DNA of 64,000 nt from positions 32,001-96,000 of the forward strand of contig JBFWRP010000008.1 in assembly GCA_050248855.1 (NCBI GenBank). The letters are read 5' to 3'. A program made the position numbers and the translations under genes. How positions within the stretch are numbered: the first letter of the stretch is position 1; each line of letters starts with the position of its first letter. Source of the stretch: Planctomycetota bacterium (GTDB lineage Bacteria > Planctomycetota > PLA2 > JAEUHO01). This document shows positions 1-11,752 of the stretch, piece after piece. The notes under the pieces are model-generated. The model searched no databases. It was not told where the DNA came from and saw nothing but the letters and a program-made list of their open reading frames with translations.

Positions 1-401
1 GCGACGGTCCGGCCGAGCTGTTGGCCGTGCCGCTTGCAGCGGTGCGCAGTGCGGAGGCGGCCCTGCGTGAGGCCAGCGCGTTCGGTCGCCCGCTGCCGGG
101 GGGCCTGGGGCTGGTGAGCGGCCCGGTCGTCGTTCCCGTCGGCGCCGTCCCGCTGGGCGACGAGACGAGCCGCGTCGTCCATCGCGTACGCGTCGACGCG
201 GTCGCGGGCGGGACGCTCGCCGCGCGCGTGGAGCCGGAGCGCTTCGATGCCAAGGGCCGGCCGATCCAGCCGCTGCCCGTCGCGTCCACGGCGGGCCGCC
301 CCTTCCTGCTCGGCGCCGCCCTGCTCCTGCTCGTCGTCGGCGTGCTCGCCCTGGCCCATCGCCTGGAGCGGCGCGCGGCCCTCGAGGGCTTCTCCACGTA
401 G
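1..401 (+). CDS. C-terminal part of a hypothetical membrane-anchored protein (5' end probably outside the window)
   Basis: Open frame ending at TAG 401 with a hydrophobic segment [18 protein letters not shown] near its end; no family motif recognised. Confidence 0.45.
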   Translation, partial: DGPAELLAVPLAAVRSAEAALREASAFGRPLPGGLGLVSGPVVVPVGAVPLGDETSRVVHRVRVDAVAGGTLAARVEPERFDAKGRPIQPLPVASTAGRPFLLGAALLLLVVGVLALAHRLERRAALEGFST

Positions 402-486
402 CGCCGGAGGCGTGGCCGCACCGTCCAACCGGGGTCGTAGGATCCGGGTCCCGGCGCAGGTGCACGCGGCCGGGGGCGGAGGAGCC

Positions 487-1335
487 GTGCGTCAGTACCT
501 GGACCTGCTCCGCGAGGTCTACGAAGCCGGCTCCACGCGCGACGACCGCACGGGCGTCGGCACGCGCAGCCTGTTCGGTCGTCAAGTGCGCTACGACCTG
601 CGCCAGGGCTTCCCGCTGCTGACCACCAAGAAGATCCACTTCCGCAGCGTGGTGCTGGAGCTCATCTGGTTCCTGCAGGGGCGCACTGACGTCGGCTGGC
701 TCAAGGAGCGCAAGGTCCGCATCTGGGACGAGTGGGCCACGGCCGAGCAATGTGCGCGCTTCGGGCGCAAGGCCGGCGACCTCGGCCCCGTCTACGGCCA
801 CCAGTGGAGGAGGTTCGGGGCGACCCTCCAACCCGACGGCACCTACGCCGACGACGGCGTGGACCAGATCCAGCGTCTCCTTGACGACCTGCGCACCAAC
901 CCCACCAGCCGCCGCCACATCGTGACCGGCTGGAACCCGCGCGAGGCCGACCAGGTGGCGCTTCCGCCCTGCCACACCTTGTTCCAGCTGTACGCCGACC
1001 CTGGGGCCCGCGAGCTCTCCTGCCAGCTGTACCAGCGCTCCGCCGACATCTTCCTGGGCGTGCCCTTCAACATCGCCTCCTACAGCTTGCTCACCATGAT
1101 GATCGCCCACGTGATCGGCTACCGGGCCAAGGAATTCGTGCACACCTTCGGCGACGTGCATCTGTACGGGAACCATCTCGAGCAGGCGCGCGAACAGCTC
1201 TCGCGGACGCCGCGCACCCTGCCCACGGTGCGCCTCGACGCGGACGTCACCGACCTCTTCCAGTTCACGCTCGACCACATCCATCTCGAGGGCTACGACC
1301 CGGCGCCGCACATTGCGGCCCCGGTGGCCGTGTAG
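487..1335 (+). CDS. thyA: thymidylate synthase
   Basis: [21 protein letters not shown] catalytic motif, [21 protein letters not shown] start at 487 after GGAG. Confidence 0.97.
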   Translation: MRQYLDLLREVYEAGSTRDDRTGVGTRSLFGRQVRYDLRQGFPLLTTKKIHFRSVVLELIWFLQGRTDVGWLKERKVRIWDEWATAEQCARFGRKAGDLGPVYGHQWRRFGATLQPDGTYADDGVDQIQRLLDDLRTNPTSRRHIVTGWNPREADQVALPPCHTLFQLYADPGARELSCQLYQRSADIFLGVPFNIASYSLLTMMIAHVIGYRAKEFVHTFGDVHLYGNHLEQAREQLSRTPRTLPTVRLDADVTDLFQFTLDHIHLEGYDPAPHIAAPVAV

Positions 1336-1361
1336 CCGCGCAATCGCGTCCCGGAGCCGCC

Positions 1362-1853
1362 ATGCCGCCGTCGGAGCCCCTTGCCCTGGTGGTTGCCTAC
1401 GACCGGCACCGCTGCATCGGCAAGGACGGGGGGCTCCCCTGGCACGAGCCCGAGGACTTGAAGCGCTTCAAGCGCATGACCCTGGGCCACGCCGTGATCC
1501 TGGGCCGCACGACGCACGCGTCCATCGGCAAGGCGCTCCCCGGCCGGCGCAACCTCGTGCTCACGCGCTCGAAGGACGCGGTGATCGCCGCGGAGTGCGA
1601 GCGGTTCGCCTCGTTCGACGAGGCGTTGGCCGCCGCGCGCACGACGGATCCTTGTCCGCAGGTGATCGGCGGCGAGGCCGTCTACCGCGCGGCGCTGCCC
1701 CTGGCCACGCTGCTGCACGTGACGGAGATGGACCTCGTGGTCGAGGGCGGTGACGCGTGGTTCCCCGACGTGGACGCGAGTGCGTGGCGCGAGATCTCCC
1801 GCGTTCCCGCGCCCCACGGGCGCTTCACGTACGTGGACTACGAGCGGGTGTAG
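1362..1853 (+). CDS. folA: dihydrofolate reductase
   Basis: IGKDGGLPWHEPEDLKRFK, GRTT, LPGRRNLVLT, IGGEAVY, GDAWFP; directly follows thyA. Confidence 0.95.
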   Translation: MPPSEPLALVVAYDRHRCIGKDGGLPWHEPEDLKRFKRMTLGHAVILGRTTHASIGKALPGRRNLVLTRSKDAVIAAECERFASFDEALAAARTTDPCPQVIGGEAVYRAALPLATLLHVTEMDLVVEGGDAWFPDVDASAWREISRVPAPHGRFTYVDYERV

Positions 1854-1875
1854 GTCGGGGGACTCGCAGTACGCA

Positions 1876-1973
1876 GTACGGAGTCGGGTGAGATTCCACC
1901 CTCGGGGTGCCTGGCCCTCCCGGGGGGGGGATTGTGTAGGGGCCGGGGGGGGTATGACCCCCCGACTCCGTAC
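1876..1973. repeat. REPIN-like element family A, copy 1 (right arm degenerate)
   Basis: Left arm GTACGGAGTCGGGTGAGATTCCACCCTCGGG, 36-bp core, right arm ending CCCGACTCCGTAC; 98 bp; between convergent folA and dapE. Confidence 0.85.
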
Positions 1974-1981
1974 GCGGCCGC

Positions 1982-3084
1982 CTACCCCAGCCAACGGCGC
2001 ACGATCGCTTGCGCCTCGGCCAAGCGCGCGCGGGAGGCGTGCTCGCCGACTTGGTGCGCTTGCGCGCCCGAGCCGGGACCGAAGTTGATGGCGTCCACGC
2101 CCCACGAGGCCAAGCGTCCCACATCGGTCCAAGCCTGCTTACTGCGAACGACGCCGTCCGCACCCAGCGCCTGCTCCAGGCGCTGCACGTGGGGATTGTC
2201 CCTGCACACGCGGCCGGCCGGCGCCAGGTCGGTGATCTCCAGCGTGACCTGGCCGCTGGCGCGCGCCTCGGCACCGAGGGCCTCGTCGACGAGCGCCTCG
2301 AGATGCTGCTGGGCCCCGACGCTGTCGCGGTCCGGCGCGAAGCGCAGGTTCACGTTGAGGTCGAAGCCCCCCGGCACGACGTTGCGTGCGCCGTCGTAGC
2401 GGACCATCGTGGCGCTGGCGACCTCGACGAAGGAGAGCCCCTCCTGCACGACCTCGCGCGGGGCTAGCTGGGCCAGGTGGGCCAGGAACGGCGCCGCCAT
2501 GTGGATGGCGTTGCGACCCTGCCAGGGCCGCGCGCTGTGCGCCCGCGCGCCGTGGAAGCGCACCCAGGCGTGCAGCGTCCCGAGGCAGCCGAGCTCGATG
2601 GCGTTGTCCGTCGGCTCGAAGCACACGGCCAGCGCCACGTCGTCCATCCACGTCCCGGCGGCCACCTTGAGCTCGGGCAGACCGCTCTTCTCGAACGGTC
2701 CCTCTTCGGCCGCATAGAGCCCGATCGCCACGTCGCACGGCGAGTGGCCTTGGGCGGCCCAGGCCAGCGTGTCCAGGATCAGGGCGTCGCCGCCCTTCAT
2801 GTCCGAGGCCCCCAGGCCGTGGATGCGTTCCCCTTCGATCCTCGGCGGGTTGGGGGCGCTGGCTGGGACCGTGTCGAGGTGTCCCAGCAAGAGGATCTTG
2901 GGCCGGCCCTCGCGATCGGCGCGTGCGCGGGCGAACAGGTTGTCGCGGATGCGCACGAGCGAGGCAGGCGTGCGCGCACGCAGCCAGCCTTCGACGTGGT
3001 CGGCGATGGCGGTCTCGCTGCCGATGACGCTGGGGATCCGCAACAGGTCCAGCGTCAGCTGCTCGAGGTCCGTGAGCGACCCGC

Positions 3085-3088
<4 letters not shown>
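1982..3088 (-). CDS. dapE: succinyl-diaminopimelate desuccinylase (M20 family)
   Basis: GHLDTVP, GLGASDMKGG, AEE, EPT, HSARPW, AHQVGEH; 4-bp overlap with dapD. Confidence 0.88.
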
Positions 3089-3914
<826 letters not shown>

Positions 3915-3918
<4 letters not shown>

Positions 3919-5051
3919 GCAGTCTCCATCCGCCGCAGCGCCTCGGCGCAGCCGGCAAGGTCGGGAACGAGGGCGAAGCGTACGAAGCGCTCGTTGCCGG
4001 GGCCGAAAAACGATCCCGGTGACACGACGAGGCCGGCCTCCAGGAGGCGCGCCGCCCACGTCGCGTCGGTTTCGCCGTCGGGCACGGCCACCCACAGGTA
4101 GAAGGTGCTCGTCGTGGGGTAGACGGCGTGGCCCAGCTCCATCAGGCCCTCCGTCATGAGCGCCCGCTTGGCCGCGAAAGCGCGCCGCCGCTCCTCGACG
4201 TGCTCCTCGTCGGACCACGCGGCCTCGCTCGCGGCCTGCGTCCAGATGGGCGGCGCCACGCCCATGCCGGCGCGCGCAGCCTTGTAGCGGGCGATCAGCG
4301 CGCCGTCCCCGGCGACGAACCCGCTGCGGTAGGCCGTCATGCCGCTGCGCTTGCTCAGCGAGTGGAAGGCGAGGCAGCCCTCGCGATCGAACTGCAGCAC
4401 GCTGGCCGGCGGCTCGGCGTCGTAGATCTCGGTGTAGCACTCGTCGCTGCACAGGACGAAGCCATGCTCGCGACGTGCCGCCACCCACGCTTTCCAGAGC
4501 GACGTCGGAAGGTCCTGGCCCGTCGGGTTGTGGGGGTAGTTGATCCAGACGATGGCGGCGCGGTCCAAGACGCCGGCCGGGATCGTCGCCGGGTCCATCA
4601 GGTACTCGTTGTCGGCCGTGAGCGGGACCTCATGGACCTGGGCATCCACGTACAGGCTGCCGATCTCCATCACGGGGTAGCCGGGGACCGGATAGACGAC
4701 GGTGTCGCGCGCGCTCGACGGGTCCACCAACACGAGGGGCAGGTGGAACATCGCTTCCTTGCTGCCGCTGCTGGGGAGCACCTCGCGGTCCGGGTCCAGC
4801 TCGACGTCGAAGCGACGCTTCGCCCACGCCGCGCAGGCGCGACGCAACGCTTTCGTGCCCTCGACGCTCGGGTACTGCGAGATCTCCGGTACGGCGTCGA
4901 TCAACGCCTGGCGGATGAACGGCGCCGTCGGCTCGATGGGATCGCCCGTGCCGAAGTCGAGCACCGCGACGCCGCGGGCGACGAGCTCGGCCTTGCGCCG
5001 GGCCAGCTCGACCATCGGGTAGGCGCGCAACCGGCGGATGCGTTCGTTCAC
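3915..5051 (-). CDS. dapC: succinyldiaminopimelate transaminase (PLP class I/II aminotransferase)
   Basis: NYPHNPTG, SDECYTEIY, SLSKRSGMTAYRSGF; coupled upstream of dapD and dapE. Confidence 0.85.
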
Positions 5052-6127
5052 GACGCGTCGTCCCCCTCGAGCCAGGCCTTCACCTCGCGGCCGTCCATGG
5101 TCTCGACCAGCGGCAGGGCGCCAGGCGGCAGCGCGCCGCGCGGCGCCGAGCCGAGGACGAGCCGGTGGAGGGTACGGCCGTCCGCCGCCGCCACCTCGAA
5201 CAGGCACGCGGCGAGGTGTCCGAAGGTGAGGCGCGCATTGACCTCCCCGACCGCCACGAGGTGCGACGTGCCCTTCGCATCGCGCCCGGCGTAGGCGTCC
5301 ACGCCGAACGGGCCGCGGTAGCCCGCCGCGTGCAGGCGGTCCCCGACGGGCCCGAGGGAGCGGGCCAGGGCCACGCCGAGCGGGGTGTCCTGGGCGTCGC
5401 CGGCCAGTCGTTCGATGCCTCGGAAGCGGCCATCGGGCCCCGTGACGAGCCGGTGCACGCGGCCCGGGACCACGCCGGCGTCGGTCACGATCCCGGACGC
5501 GCCCAGGTCGTCGTCGCGCAGCAGCCAGGCCTCGAACAGGCCGCCGCCCCAGCGGGCGAGTGCGCGACGGGCGTGGTTCCACGTCGACGCGCCTGCTGCG
5601 GACGAGGTCGAGAGCACCCGGTCGCGACCGGCGGCGCCGAAGGGGGCCTTCAAGACCCACGGCCCGGCGCCCTCCGCGGCTTGCCGCAGGGCCTCGGGAT
5701 CCTCCACCCACGCTGCGCGCGGGTGGGGGGGCAGCGTTCCGGCCGCCCGTTCGTCGGCCAGCCAGCGGCGTCCATGCACGCGGCGGGTGACCGCCTCCGA
5801 GGCACGTGGGGCATGGCGCAGCCGCTCGCGCCACGTGGCTCCGTGCGCCGCTCCACCGCGCGGCGGGAGCCCCGCTGCCGACCAGGCAACCACGTCGGCG
5901 CCCGAGACGCCCGCTGGCACGTCGTCCCGGCGCGTGACGGGCGGGAGGACGTACGCGGCTTGCGGCGTCGGTCGCGTGGTGTGGCTCGCGCCCACCAGGA
6001 GGTCGCCGGGCTCGGCCAGCACCGCGAGCAGCGGCGCGAGATCGGCCAGACGCCGCTCCGCGTCGGGCGACAGCGCTTCGCCGCGCCACGTCGCCTCCGC
6101 GCCCAGGTTGGCGACGAGGACGGTCAT
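5048..6127 (-). CDS. ATP-grasp-like protein
   Basis: WVLKAPFGAAGRDR and GYRGPFGVDAY...GEVNARLTFG (ExNxR) ATP-grasp signatures; 4-bp overlaps with both neighbours. Confidence 0.6.
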   Translation of the reverse strand: MTVLVANLGAEATWRGEALSPDAERRLADLAPLLAVLAEPGDLLVGASHTTRPTPQAAYVLPPVTRRDDVPAGVSGADVVAWSAAGLPPRGGAAHGATWRERLRHAPRASEAVTRRVHGRRWLADERAAGTLPPHPRAAWVEDPEALRQAAEGAGPWVLKAPFGAAGRDRVLSTSSAAGASTWNHARRALARWGGGLFEAWLLRDDDLGASGIVTDAGVVPGRVHRLVTGPDGRFRGIERLAGDAQDTPLGVALARSLGPVGDRLHAAGYRGPFGVDAYAGRDAKGTSHLVAVGEVNARLTFGHLAACLFEVAAADGRTLHRLVLGSAPRGALPPGALPLVETMDGREVKAWLEGDDAS

Positions 6128-6936
6128 GGCCGCCGCGGCCGGCCGCCGGGTGCGCGCGCGGGCGTTGCCGCCAAGCGGGCGACGAAGTCGGCCGGGAGGC
6201 CCGCGGCTTCGCGCGCCGTCGCGTCGAACGTGGTGCCGCGCGCGCGCGCCGCGGCGTGTTCCACCGTGGCGTGGCGCTGGAACGCCTCGAAGCGGTCGTC
6301 GTCGGCAGGTGCCAGGCGCTGGAACCAGACCCAGGCGAAGCGGACGTGGTCGATCTCGTCATCGTGCACGAGCTCGAGCACATCGGCCGTCGCGCCGTCG
6401 CCCGCCGCGCGCGCGGCGTCGGCGTGCTCGCGGCTGAAGTCGAGGTTGGCGCCCTCGAACGTCAGGCCCAGCGTGCAGACCAGCTCGAGCGGGGACGTCA
6501 GCCGCGGCACCTGGTTCCAGAAGTGGGCACTGACCGGCTCGTCGCCGAACCGTCCTCCGAGCGCCTCGAGCCGCTCGACGAACAGCATCATGTGGCGCTG
6601 CTCGTCGCCGAGGATCTTCGCGCACCCGGTGCGGAACGCGCGCGGCATGGCGGGCCACGCGAGCAGGGCGAAGGCGAACAGCTCGAGGGCCTGCAGCTCG
6701 TGGTTGGCCAGCGCATGGAGGATGCGGCGGCGCTGCGCGGGATCCGGCATGCCCGAGAGCGGCGGGACGCGGACGCGCCGGCGCGGGACGAGCTCGAGAC
6801 CGGGCGGTCGGGCCGGGGCCTCTACGCGGACGGCTGGCCCGGGGTGCTCGTCGGTCCATCCCGCCGGGAGTGGTGCCGCCTTCCCCGCCACCGTCGTGGC
6901 GTGCAGGACGGCCAGGGCATGTTCGCGCAGCTCCAC
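6124..6936 (-). CDS. DUF455 ferritin-like (di-iron) protein
   Basis: LHALANHELQALEL, DEQRH, FEGANLD, DEIDHVRF form the paired E/ExxH pattern; GTG start chosen manually. Confidence 0.8.
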   Translation of the reverse strand: MELREHALAVLHATTVAGKAAPLPAGWTDEHPGPAVRVEAPARPPGLELVPRRRVRVPPLSGMPDPAQRRRILHALANHELQALELFAFALLAWPAMPRAFRTGCAKILGDEQRHMMLFVERLEALGGRFGDEPVSAHFWNQVPRLTSPLELVCTLGLTFEGANLDFSREHADAARAAGDGATADVLELVHDDEIDHVRFAWVWFQRLAPADDDRFEAFQRHATVEHAAARARGTTFDATAREAAGLPADFVARLAATPARAPGGRPRRP

Positions 6937-7169
6937 GCACCCGATGATGCCCGTACCGACGGTGCGCGGCCCCCTGCGGACGGTGCCCGGCTCCGTAGGC
7001 AGGCCGTGAGACCCGGTGGCGCCTTCCCGTGCGGACCTGGAGGGCTCCCTGCGCTCTCGAGGTCTCCCGCGGGAGCCTGGCACGCAGCCCGCATCGCTTC
7101 GCCCTGCCGCCGCGAGCCAGGCGCCCGCGCGAGGTCCGCCTCGCCGCCTGCCGGTGGTACGAGGGCCCC

Positions 7170-8018
7170 ATGAGCCTGCTTGCACGCCTGGAACGACTCG
7201 ACCGCTTGCCGGAAGCCGCGCTCGTGCCGCTGCGCTTGGAGGGTGAGGACCTGGGACGTCTCGACCACGCGCTGGCCCAGGCCCTGGCGCGCGCGGTTCC
7301 CGACGACCTGCAGCTGGACGCGGACGGCGCCCTCGACCTCGTGGCGGGCGGGCGCGCCGCGCTGGACGCACGGGCGGAGCGCATCGTGGAGGCGCTGGAG
7401 CGCCTGCGTCGCCTGCCACCGCGGCGCGGCGAGCGCTACGCGATCCGCACGGACTTGGGCAGCGACGTGCTCTTCGCCATCGAGCGGGCCGCCGTGGACG
7501 TGCTGGGCCTGCCTGCCTTCGGTGTGCACCTCAACGCATTCGTTCCCACCGACGACGGGCTCGGCCTCTGGGTCGCGCGGCGTGCGATGACCAAACCCAC
7601 GTTCCCGGGGGCGCTGGACCACATCGTGGCGGGTGGACTGCCGGAAGGCATCGACCTGCGCGACAACCTGGACAAGGAGGCTCACGAGGAGGCGGGGCTC
7701 GAGGCGGGCGTGCTCGCCGACGCCCGGTGTCTCGGGGAGCTGCGCTACACGTGCGCCGTACCGCAGGGCGTGCGCAACGACACCGTGTTCGTGTACGACG
7801 TGGACCTACCAGGCGACGTCGTCCCGCGTCCGACCGATGGCGAGGTCGCAGAGTTCTTCCTCTGGTCGACCGAGCGCGTCCTCGACGCGCTGCGCGGGGA
7901 CGCGGACTTCAAGTTCAACGTGGGGCCCGCGATTCTCGCCTCGTTCCTGGAACGCGGGCTGCTCGACGACGATCCCGAACGCGAGGCGATCGCGGCGTGG
8001 TTCGCCGGTCGGATGTGA
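7170..8018 (+). CDS. NUDIX hydrolase, DUF4743 / thiamin pyrophosphokinase-related type
   Basis: ERAAVDVLGLPAFGVHLN, LWVARRAMTKPTFPGALDHIVAGG, KEAHEEAGL Nudix box, DGEV, FKFNV. Confidence 0.88.
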   Translation: MSLLARLERLDRLPEAALVPLRLEGEDLGRLDHALAQALARAVPDDLQLDADGALDLVAGGRAALDARAERIVEALERLRRLPPRRGERYAIRTDLGSDVLFAIERAAVDVLGLPAFGVHLNAFVPTDDGLGLWVARRAMTKPTFPGALDHIVAGGLPEGIDLRDNLDKEAHEEAGLEAGVLADARCLGELRYTCAVPQGVRNDTVFVYDVDLPGDVVPRPTDGEVAEFFLWSTERVLDALRGDADFKFNVGPAILASFLERGLLDDDPEREAIAAWFAGRM

Positions 8019-8031
8019 GACGCGGTACGCA

Positions 8032-8129
8032 GTACGGAGTCGGGTGAGATTCCAACCCCGGGCTGCCACGAACGCCCGTAAGCGAGAGCACTTGGCCGCC
8101 CGAGGTTGGAATCTCACCCGACTCCGTAT
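8032..8129. repeat. REPIN-like element family A, copy 2
   Basis: 31+36+31 bp; arms ...TTCCAACCCCGGG and CCCGAGGTTGGAA...; between convergent genes. Confidence 0.92.
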
Positions 8130-8163
8130 GTCCCCGTATGTCGCCGTATGTCGCGCATGTCCG
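8124..8163. repeat. 10-bp tandem repeat CCGTATGTCS x3 plus one degenerate unit, starting inside the right end of copy 2
   Basis: CCGTATGTCC CCGTATGTCG CCGTATGTCG CGCATGTCCG. Confidence 0.8.
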
Positions 8164-8167
8164 TTCG

Positions 8168-11100
8168 TCAGGGGGCCAGCAGCTTGCGATGCAGCGGCAG
8201 CCCCGTCGCGAACGCCTCGCGGGCCTCCGGAGCCAAACGCTCCGCTTCGGCGCGCAGCAGGGCGCGCGCTTCGTTGCGGTAGCGCTCGTCGCCGGACGCC
8301 TCCGTCAAGAGGTCCAGCACCTCGATGCGCGCATCATGACGCAGACGGGAGCCCGCTCGCTCGTACGCGGCCAGGGCCGCCGCGAAGCCCGCAGGCTGGA
8401 GGGCAGCCCGCCGTGCGCAGACGAGTGCGTCCTGGGAGACATCGACCCCGGGCGGACAGGCGGCCTCTGCTTCGTCCAGGCGCGCCAGGGCCTCCGTGGG
8501 TCGCCCGGCATCCACTTCGAGACCCGCCAGCAGCTGCAACGTGTCCCCGCGGCCGCGACCGTCGCCCAACGCCACGCGACGCTCGAGCGCTTGGCCGTAC
8601 GCCGTGCGCGCCGCGTCGAGGTCCCCTTGCGCGTGGGCCAGCTGGCCGAGGGCGTTCCACGCGTAGGCCTCCTCGCGCGCGAGCCCACCGTCCGCGAAGG
8701 CTTCGCGCACGCGGGACAGGAGGGCCCCGGCCTCCTCCAAGCGCCCCAGGCGCGTCATGCAGATGCCACGATTGAGATTGGTCACGATCTCGCTCACGCG
8801 GAAGCCGGATGCGCGCGCCAGCTTCCCGGCCTGGTCGTACACGCCAAGCGCTTCGTCGGCCCGACCGGCGTCGAACAGCACGTTGGCCAGGTTCCCCAGC
8901 GTGATGGCCCGGTTGCGGTGATCGCCTGCCTGCTCCAGCAGCTCGAGCGCTCGTCGCGCGAGGCGCTCGGCCTCGTCGTGGTGCCCGGCCTCCTGCAGCA
9001 GCACGGACAGGTCCGCGGCACCACGGGCTTCGATGCGCGGGCGTTTCGTGCGCCGACCCAGCTCGTACACGGTTTCCTGCCAGTGGCGCGCCACCTCCAC
9101 GTCGCCCCGGTGCCACGCGGCCTGGCCCAGGCCGCCCAGGATCACGCTCCTGCCCTGCTCCTGGCCCTCGTCGGGCAGGGCGTCGAGCGCCGCGGACAGC
9201 ACGCGCGTCGCCTCGTCGTAGCGCGCCAGCTCGATCAGCGCATAGCCCTCTTCCGTGAGGGGGCCCACGGCATCGAGGCCGGCGGCCCTGGCTTCCTCGG
9301 CCGCGCGGCGGGCCGCCTCCAGGGCCTCGGGAAGGCGCGCCCCGACGCGGCGTGCCAGCGACAGCCGGCAGCCCAGGCGCACCCGCAGCGCGGGAGCCCG
9401 CGCGGCCAGCTCCAGGGCACGCTCGATCCAGTCGCCGGTCGTCGAGACGGGCCCGACCGCTTCCAGGTGGTCGAGCGCGGCCTCCAGGCACGGCAACGCG
9501 CGCTCGGGCTCGGGGCCGCGCAGATGGTGGCTGGCGTAGCGAGCGGCGCGGGCTCCGACCAAGGTCGATCCATCGCCCGTGCCTTCGGGGAGCAACGCCT
9601 GGGCGAGCGCACGGTGGATCTCCGCGCGCAGGGCGGCCGGCAGGCCTGCGTAGACGACCTCCTGGATCAACGGATGCTCGAAGCGCCACGCCCCGCCGTC
9701 GGCCCGCACCAGACGCCGTCGGCGCTCCAAGCGGTCGAGCAGCTCCAGCAAGCGCAGTCGAGACACGCCCCGTACGCGGACCAGGGGCTCCACGTCGAAC
9801 ACGGGGCCTTCCACGGCGGCGACGGCCAGCACCTCGGCCTCCTCGTCGGGGAGGCCCTCCAAGCGCCGCGCCACGTGCGCGGCGAGCGCTGCCGGTACAT
9901 CCACGGCGTCGGTGGAGCTGGCCGCCTGGCGGTCGCGCGCCAGCTCCAGCAGGTACAGCGGCAGCCCTTCGGCACGCCGCGCCAAGCGCTCCACCTCCTC
10001 GTCCGGTGGGGCCTCGTCGCCGAGGACGTCGCGCACGAGCGCCTCCGCGTCGGCGTGGGCAAGCGGCCCCAGCTCGAGCGTGCGGTCGGGTGCCGCGAGC
10101 GCTCCATCGGGGAGCTCGTCCAGGGGTCGATCCGTGAGGCGCAGCACGAGCACCTGTTCACCGCGCACCCCGGCCGCGAGCGCGTCCAGGTGCCGGCGCG
10201 CTTCACGCGGAGCCTCCTGCACGTCGTCCAGGACCAAGACCACCGGCGTGCTCTGCGCCAGCGAGGCGAAGAGACGTACGGCAAGCCCCGTCACCGAGAC
10301 ACCGCCTGCCTCCGGCCCGGCCTCGCCGCGGAGCCACGAGCGGAGCGCACGTAGGGCGTGCTCCGGGGCATCGAGCCGCGCCGCCAGGCGCGCGTCGCCT
10401 TCCGCGCCGGCGTAGGCCGCCAGCAACGCCGAGCGCAAGCCCCCGCCCCAGCCCCCCGCCGGGTAGGCGCCGTAGAACGTCGCCACGTCGTCGGGCAACG
10501 TGGCCAGCCACTCGGCAACCAGACGTGTCTTGCCTTGGCCGGGAGGACCGAGCACGTCGAGCACGCGGGCGCGTCCACGGGCCACGACGTCGGCGAACAC
10601 CTCGTCGAGCACGGCGAGCTCCGCGTCGCGCCCACGCCACGGGGACGCACGGGCGATCGGCAGGCGGGCGCGCGGAGGCCGGCGCTCGAGCGCCTCGCGC
10701 GTGCGCCACCACGCGCTCGACTCACCGGCCCGCAGGATGTCGTGAAGCTCGGCCGCCGAAGCGAAGCGGGCTTGCGCGTCGCGGGCCAGCAGGCAGGTGA
10801 GGATCGCACCGAAGAACGGGCTGACGCGCGCCAGGGCGGGGTCCGGTGCGCTTGACGAGGGTCCGAGCCACGCCGCCAGGCTCGACGGCCCCGCGTCGCC
10901 CTCCGCGCGCAGCAGGTCGCGCAGCGCGGCGCCCAGCGCGTAGAGGTCCGAGCGCGGCGTGGCCTCCTCGCCCGCCAGCTGCTCCGGAGCGGCGTAGGCG
11001 AGCGAGCCCACGAACTGGCCCTCGGTGGTCAGCGCGATCGTCTCGGCCGCCAGCGGGCGCGCCACGCCGAGATCCATGATCCTGAGCTCGTGGCTTTCCG

Positions 11101-11752
11101 TCACGAGCAGGTTCTCGGGCTTGATGTCGCGGTGCACGATGCCGGCGGCATGGATCGCGGCCAGCCCGTCGGCGGCCTGCGCAGCGACCTCGCGAAGCAA
11201 CGCTTCGGAGAGCGGGCCTTGCTCGCGCTTGAGCGCGGCCAGATCGCGCCCACGCACGTACTCGAGCACGACGTAGTCCACGGGGCGGCCGTCGACGACT
11301 GCGCGCCCGGCGCCCAGCGTGCGCACGACGCGCGGATGCTTGACGCGCGTCCCCAGGGCCGCCTCGCGCGCAAACCGCTCGCGCGCACCGGGGCGCGCGG
11401 CGACGTGCGGGTGGATCACCTTGAGCGCTACGCGCTCGCCGCGGGCGATGTCCCGGGCGGCGAACACGGTGCCCATCCCGCCGGCACCGAGCTCCGCCTC
11501 GAGGCGATACGGCCCGACGGTGACGCCGGGGACCAGGTGCGCCGCCGTCTGCCGCACGCCAGGAGGCGCCGGCGCAAGCTCGCCCGTGGCGACACCGGGG
11601 TCGTCGAGCAGGCGCGCGACGTCGGCCGCAAGCGCGGCGTCCTCCTGGGCCAGCACGTCCAGGCGTGCGGCTCGCGCCGCGGGCGCCAGGGCCTCGACCT
11701 CTTCCAGGAGCACGCGCAGCCGGCGATGGCGATCCGCGTCGGCGGCCGTCAC
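8168..11752 (-). CDS. Ser/Thr protein kinase with AAA/P-loop domain and TPR repeats
   Basis: LGAGGMGTV, VALK, HRDIKPEN, DLG, GSLAYAAPE, SDLYALG; then GPPGQGKT and LVLDD; TPR-like C-terminus; GTGA overlap with the sigma factor gene. Confidence 0.92.
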   Translation of the reverse strand: MTAADADRHRRLRVLLEEVEALAPAARAARLDVLAQEDAALAADVARLLDDPGVATGELAPAPPGVRQTAAHLVPGVTVGPYRLEAELGAGGMGTVFAARDIARGERVALKVIHPHVAARPGARERFAREAALGTRVKHPRVVRTLGAGRAVVDGRPVDYVVLEYVRGRDLAALKREQGPLSEALLREVAAQAADGLAAIHAAGIVHRDIKPENLLVTESHELRIMDLGVARPLAAETIALTTEGQFVGSLAYAAPEQLAGEEATPRSDLYALGAALRDLLRAEGDAGPSSLAAWLGPSSSAPDPALARVSPFFGAILTCLLARDAQARFASAAELHDILRAGESSAWWRTREALERRPPRARLPIARASPWRGRDAELAVLDEVFADVVARGRARVLDVLGPPGQGKTRLVAEWLATLPDDVATFYGAYPAGGWGGGLRSALLAAYAGAEGDARLAARLDAPEHALRALRSWLRGEAGPEAGGVSVTGLAVRLFASLAQSTPVVLVLDDVQEAPREARRHLDALAAGVRGEQVLVLRLTDRPLDELPDGALAAPDRTLELGPLAHADAEALVRDVLGDEAPPDEEVERLARRAEGLPLYLLELARDRQAASSTDAVDVPAALAAHVARRLEGLPDEEAEVLAVAAVEGPVFDVEPLVRVRGVSRLRLLELLDRLERRRRLVRADGGAWRFEHPLIQEVVYAGLPAALRAEIHRALAQALLPEGTGDGSTLVGARAARYASHHLRGPEPERALPCLEAALDHLEAVGPVSTTGDWIERALELAARAPALRVRLGCRLSLARRVGARLPEALEAARRAAEEARAAGLDAVGPLTEEGYALIELARYDEATRVLSAALDALPDEGQEQGRSVILGGLGQAAWHRGDVEVARHWQETVYELGRRTKRPRIEARGAADLSVLLQEAGHHDEAERLARRALELLEQAGDHRNRAITLGNLANVLFDAGRADEALGVYDQAGKLARASGFRVSEIVTNLNRGICMTRLGRLEEAGALLSRVREAFADGGLAREEAYAWNALGQLAHAQGDLDAARTAYGQALERRVALGDGRGRGDTLQLLAGLEVDAGRPTEALARLDEAEAACPPGVDVSQDALVCARRAALQPAGFAAALAAYERAGSRLRHDARIEVLDLLTEASGDERYRNEARALLRAEAERLAPEAREAFATGLPLHRKLLAP

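Noticed and set aside
6985..6999. CCCGGCTCCGTAG as an additional REP end
   Set aside because: Short, two mismatches, no partner arm; could be chance at this GC content.
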